Origin: Tubulanus polymorphus
Taxonomy: Eukaryota > Animalia > Nemertea
Direction: 5' to 3'
Length of the DNA stretch: 64,000 nucleotides
Assembly: GCF_964204645.1 (NCBI RefSeq)
Contig: NC_134030.1
Coordinates: 10,009,222-10,073,221, forward strand
A program made the translations under genes and the position numbers. Below are positions 63,401 through 64,000 of this stretch, one piece after another (position 1 is the first letter of the stretch; each line of letters starts with the position of its first letter). Below the pieces are notes generated by a model, which was not told the DNA's origin, did not search any database, and saw nothing but the letters and a program-made list of their open reading frames with translations.

Positions 63401-63965
63401 TTCACATCCGAGCTTTATTTTAGAGTAATTGTATTGTGAGTCGAGACGCGTACTACGTCATCGATCGATAATGACGTTTATTTTGTAATAATCAATTGAA
63501 TTTTTTACTCTTACTTTCTATTCGATGAATTTTCACGCATTTCCGACGATGATGTTTTGAAATACTGTGAATAAACTTTCAAGTAAGTTTTTTTTTGTTT
63601 CTTTCAGCGCTTACAAACGGGAAGGTGAACGGGTGTGCGCGGCAAGTGCAATTTGTCTTCAAAAACACTTGGCTAACGATCTGTTTTGAAATAAACCTTA
63701 TCTTTGCTAAAAGGCGAACGCAGATGAATCACATAATAACGGTAACAGTGAAGGTATCTGTGTTTTTATTATATTCGTAGATTATCATGATTCAATTTAA
63801 TCTTTTTCCAAAAATTAATATCGATTTCTATGCATTCCACTTTCCGAATACCTTTAGATTTTGTTTAAGGATGGACGGAATGCAATCTATCTAAGTTTTA
63901 TGAGTAATCAATAACTGCGCGATAAAACATGGATTTTCAAAGATTCTACTTGTGATTTGAGAATA

Positions 63966-64000
63966 CAGCGGAACCTCGTTATAACGAACTCGAATTCAAC
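63966..64000. mobile_element. Left end of a Tigger-like MITE cut by the window edge
   Basis: TA|CAGCGGAACCTCGTTATAACGAAC, the same terminus type as 51564. Confidence 0.6.

Overview
Eukaryotic, intron-rich, AT-rich animal DNA; probably a marine invertebrate (lophotrochozoan-like gene and repeat content, inferred). There are no prokaryotic operons or CRISPR arrays. Four host genes can be reconstructed by hand with consistent GT-AG phases: PSMD9/p27 (+, 6 exons, 205 aa), SPATA20 (-, 15 exons, 753 aa), an intronless atypical class A GPCR (-), and a 9-exon mitochondrial-clan cytochrome P450 (+, 528 aa) with a non-canonical I-helix. A candidate orphan 3-exon single-pass membrane micro-gene lies next to the GPCR. 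The rest is a dense mobile-element landscape: a Penelope-like element with a 14-bp TSD, three RTE-X-like LINEs, an RTE fragment, tRNA-derived SINEs, and many MITEs with 2, 3, 5, 7, 8 and 9 bp TSDs. The most notable non-gene signals are: (i) a recurring module of minimal hammerhead ribozyme, AATAAA and a TGTGGGA-like motif at five sequence-divergent sites, including a fold-back insertion nested in another ribozyme-bearing element; (ii) a MITE family whose long inverted repeats look like outward-facing tRNA/Pol III promoters; (iii) two MITE insertions exactly at host splice donors. All calls come from reading the sequence; no database searches were run.
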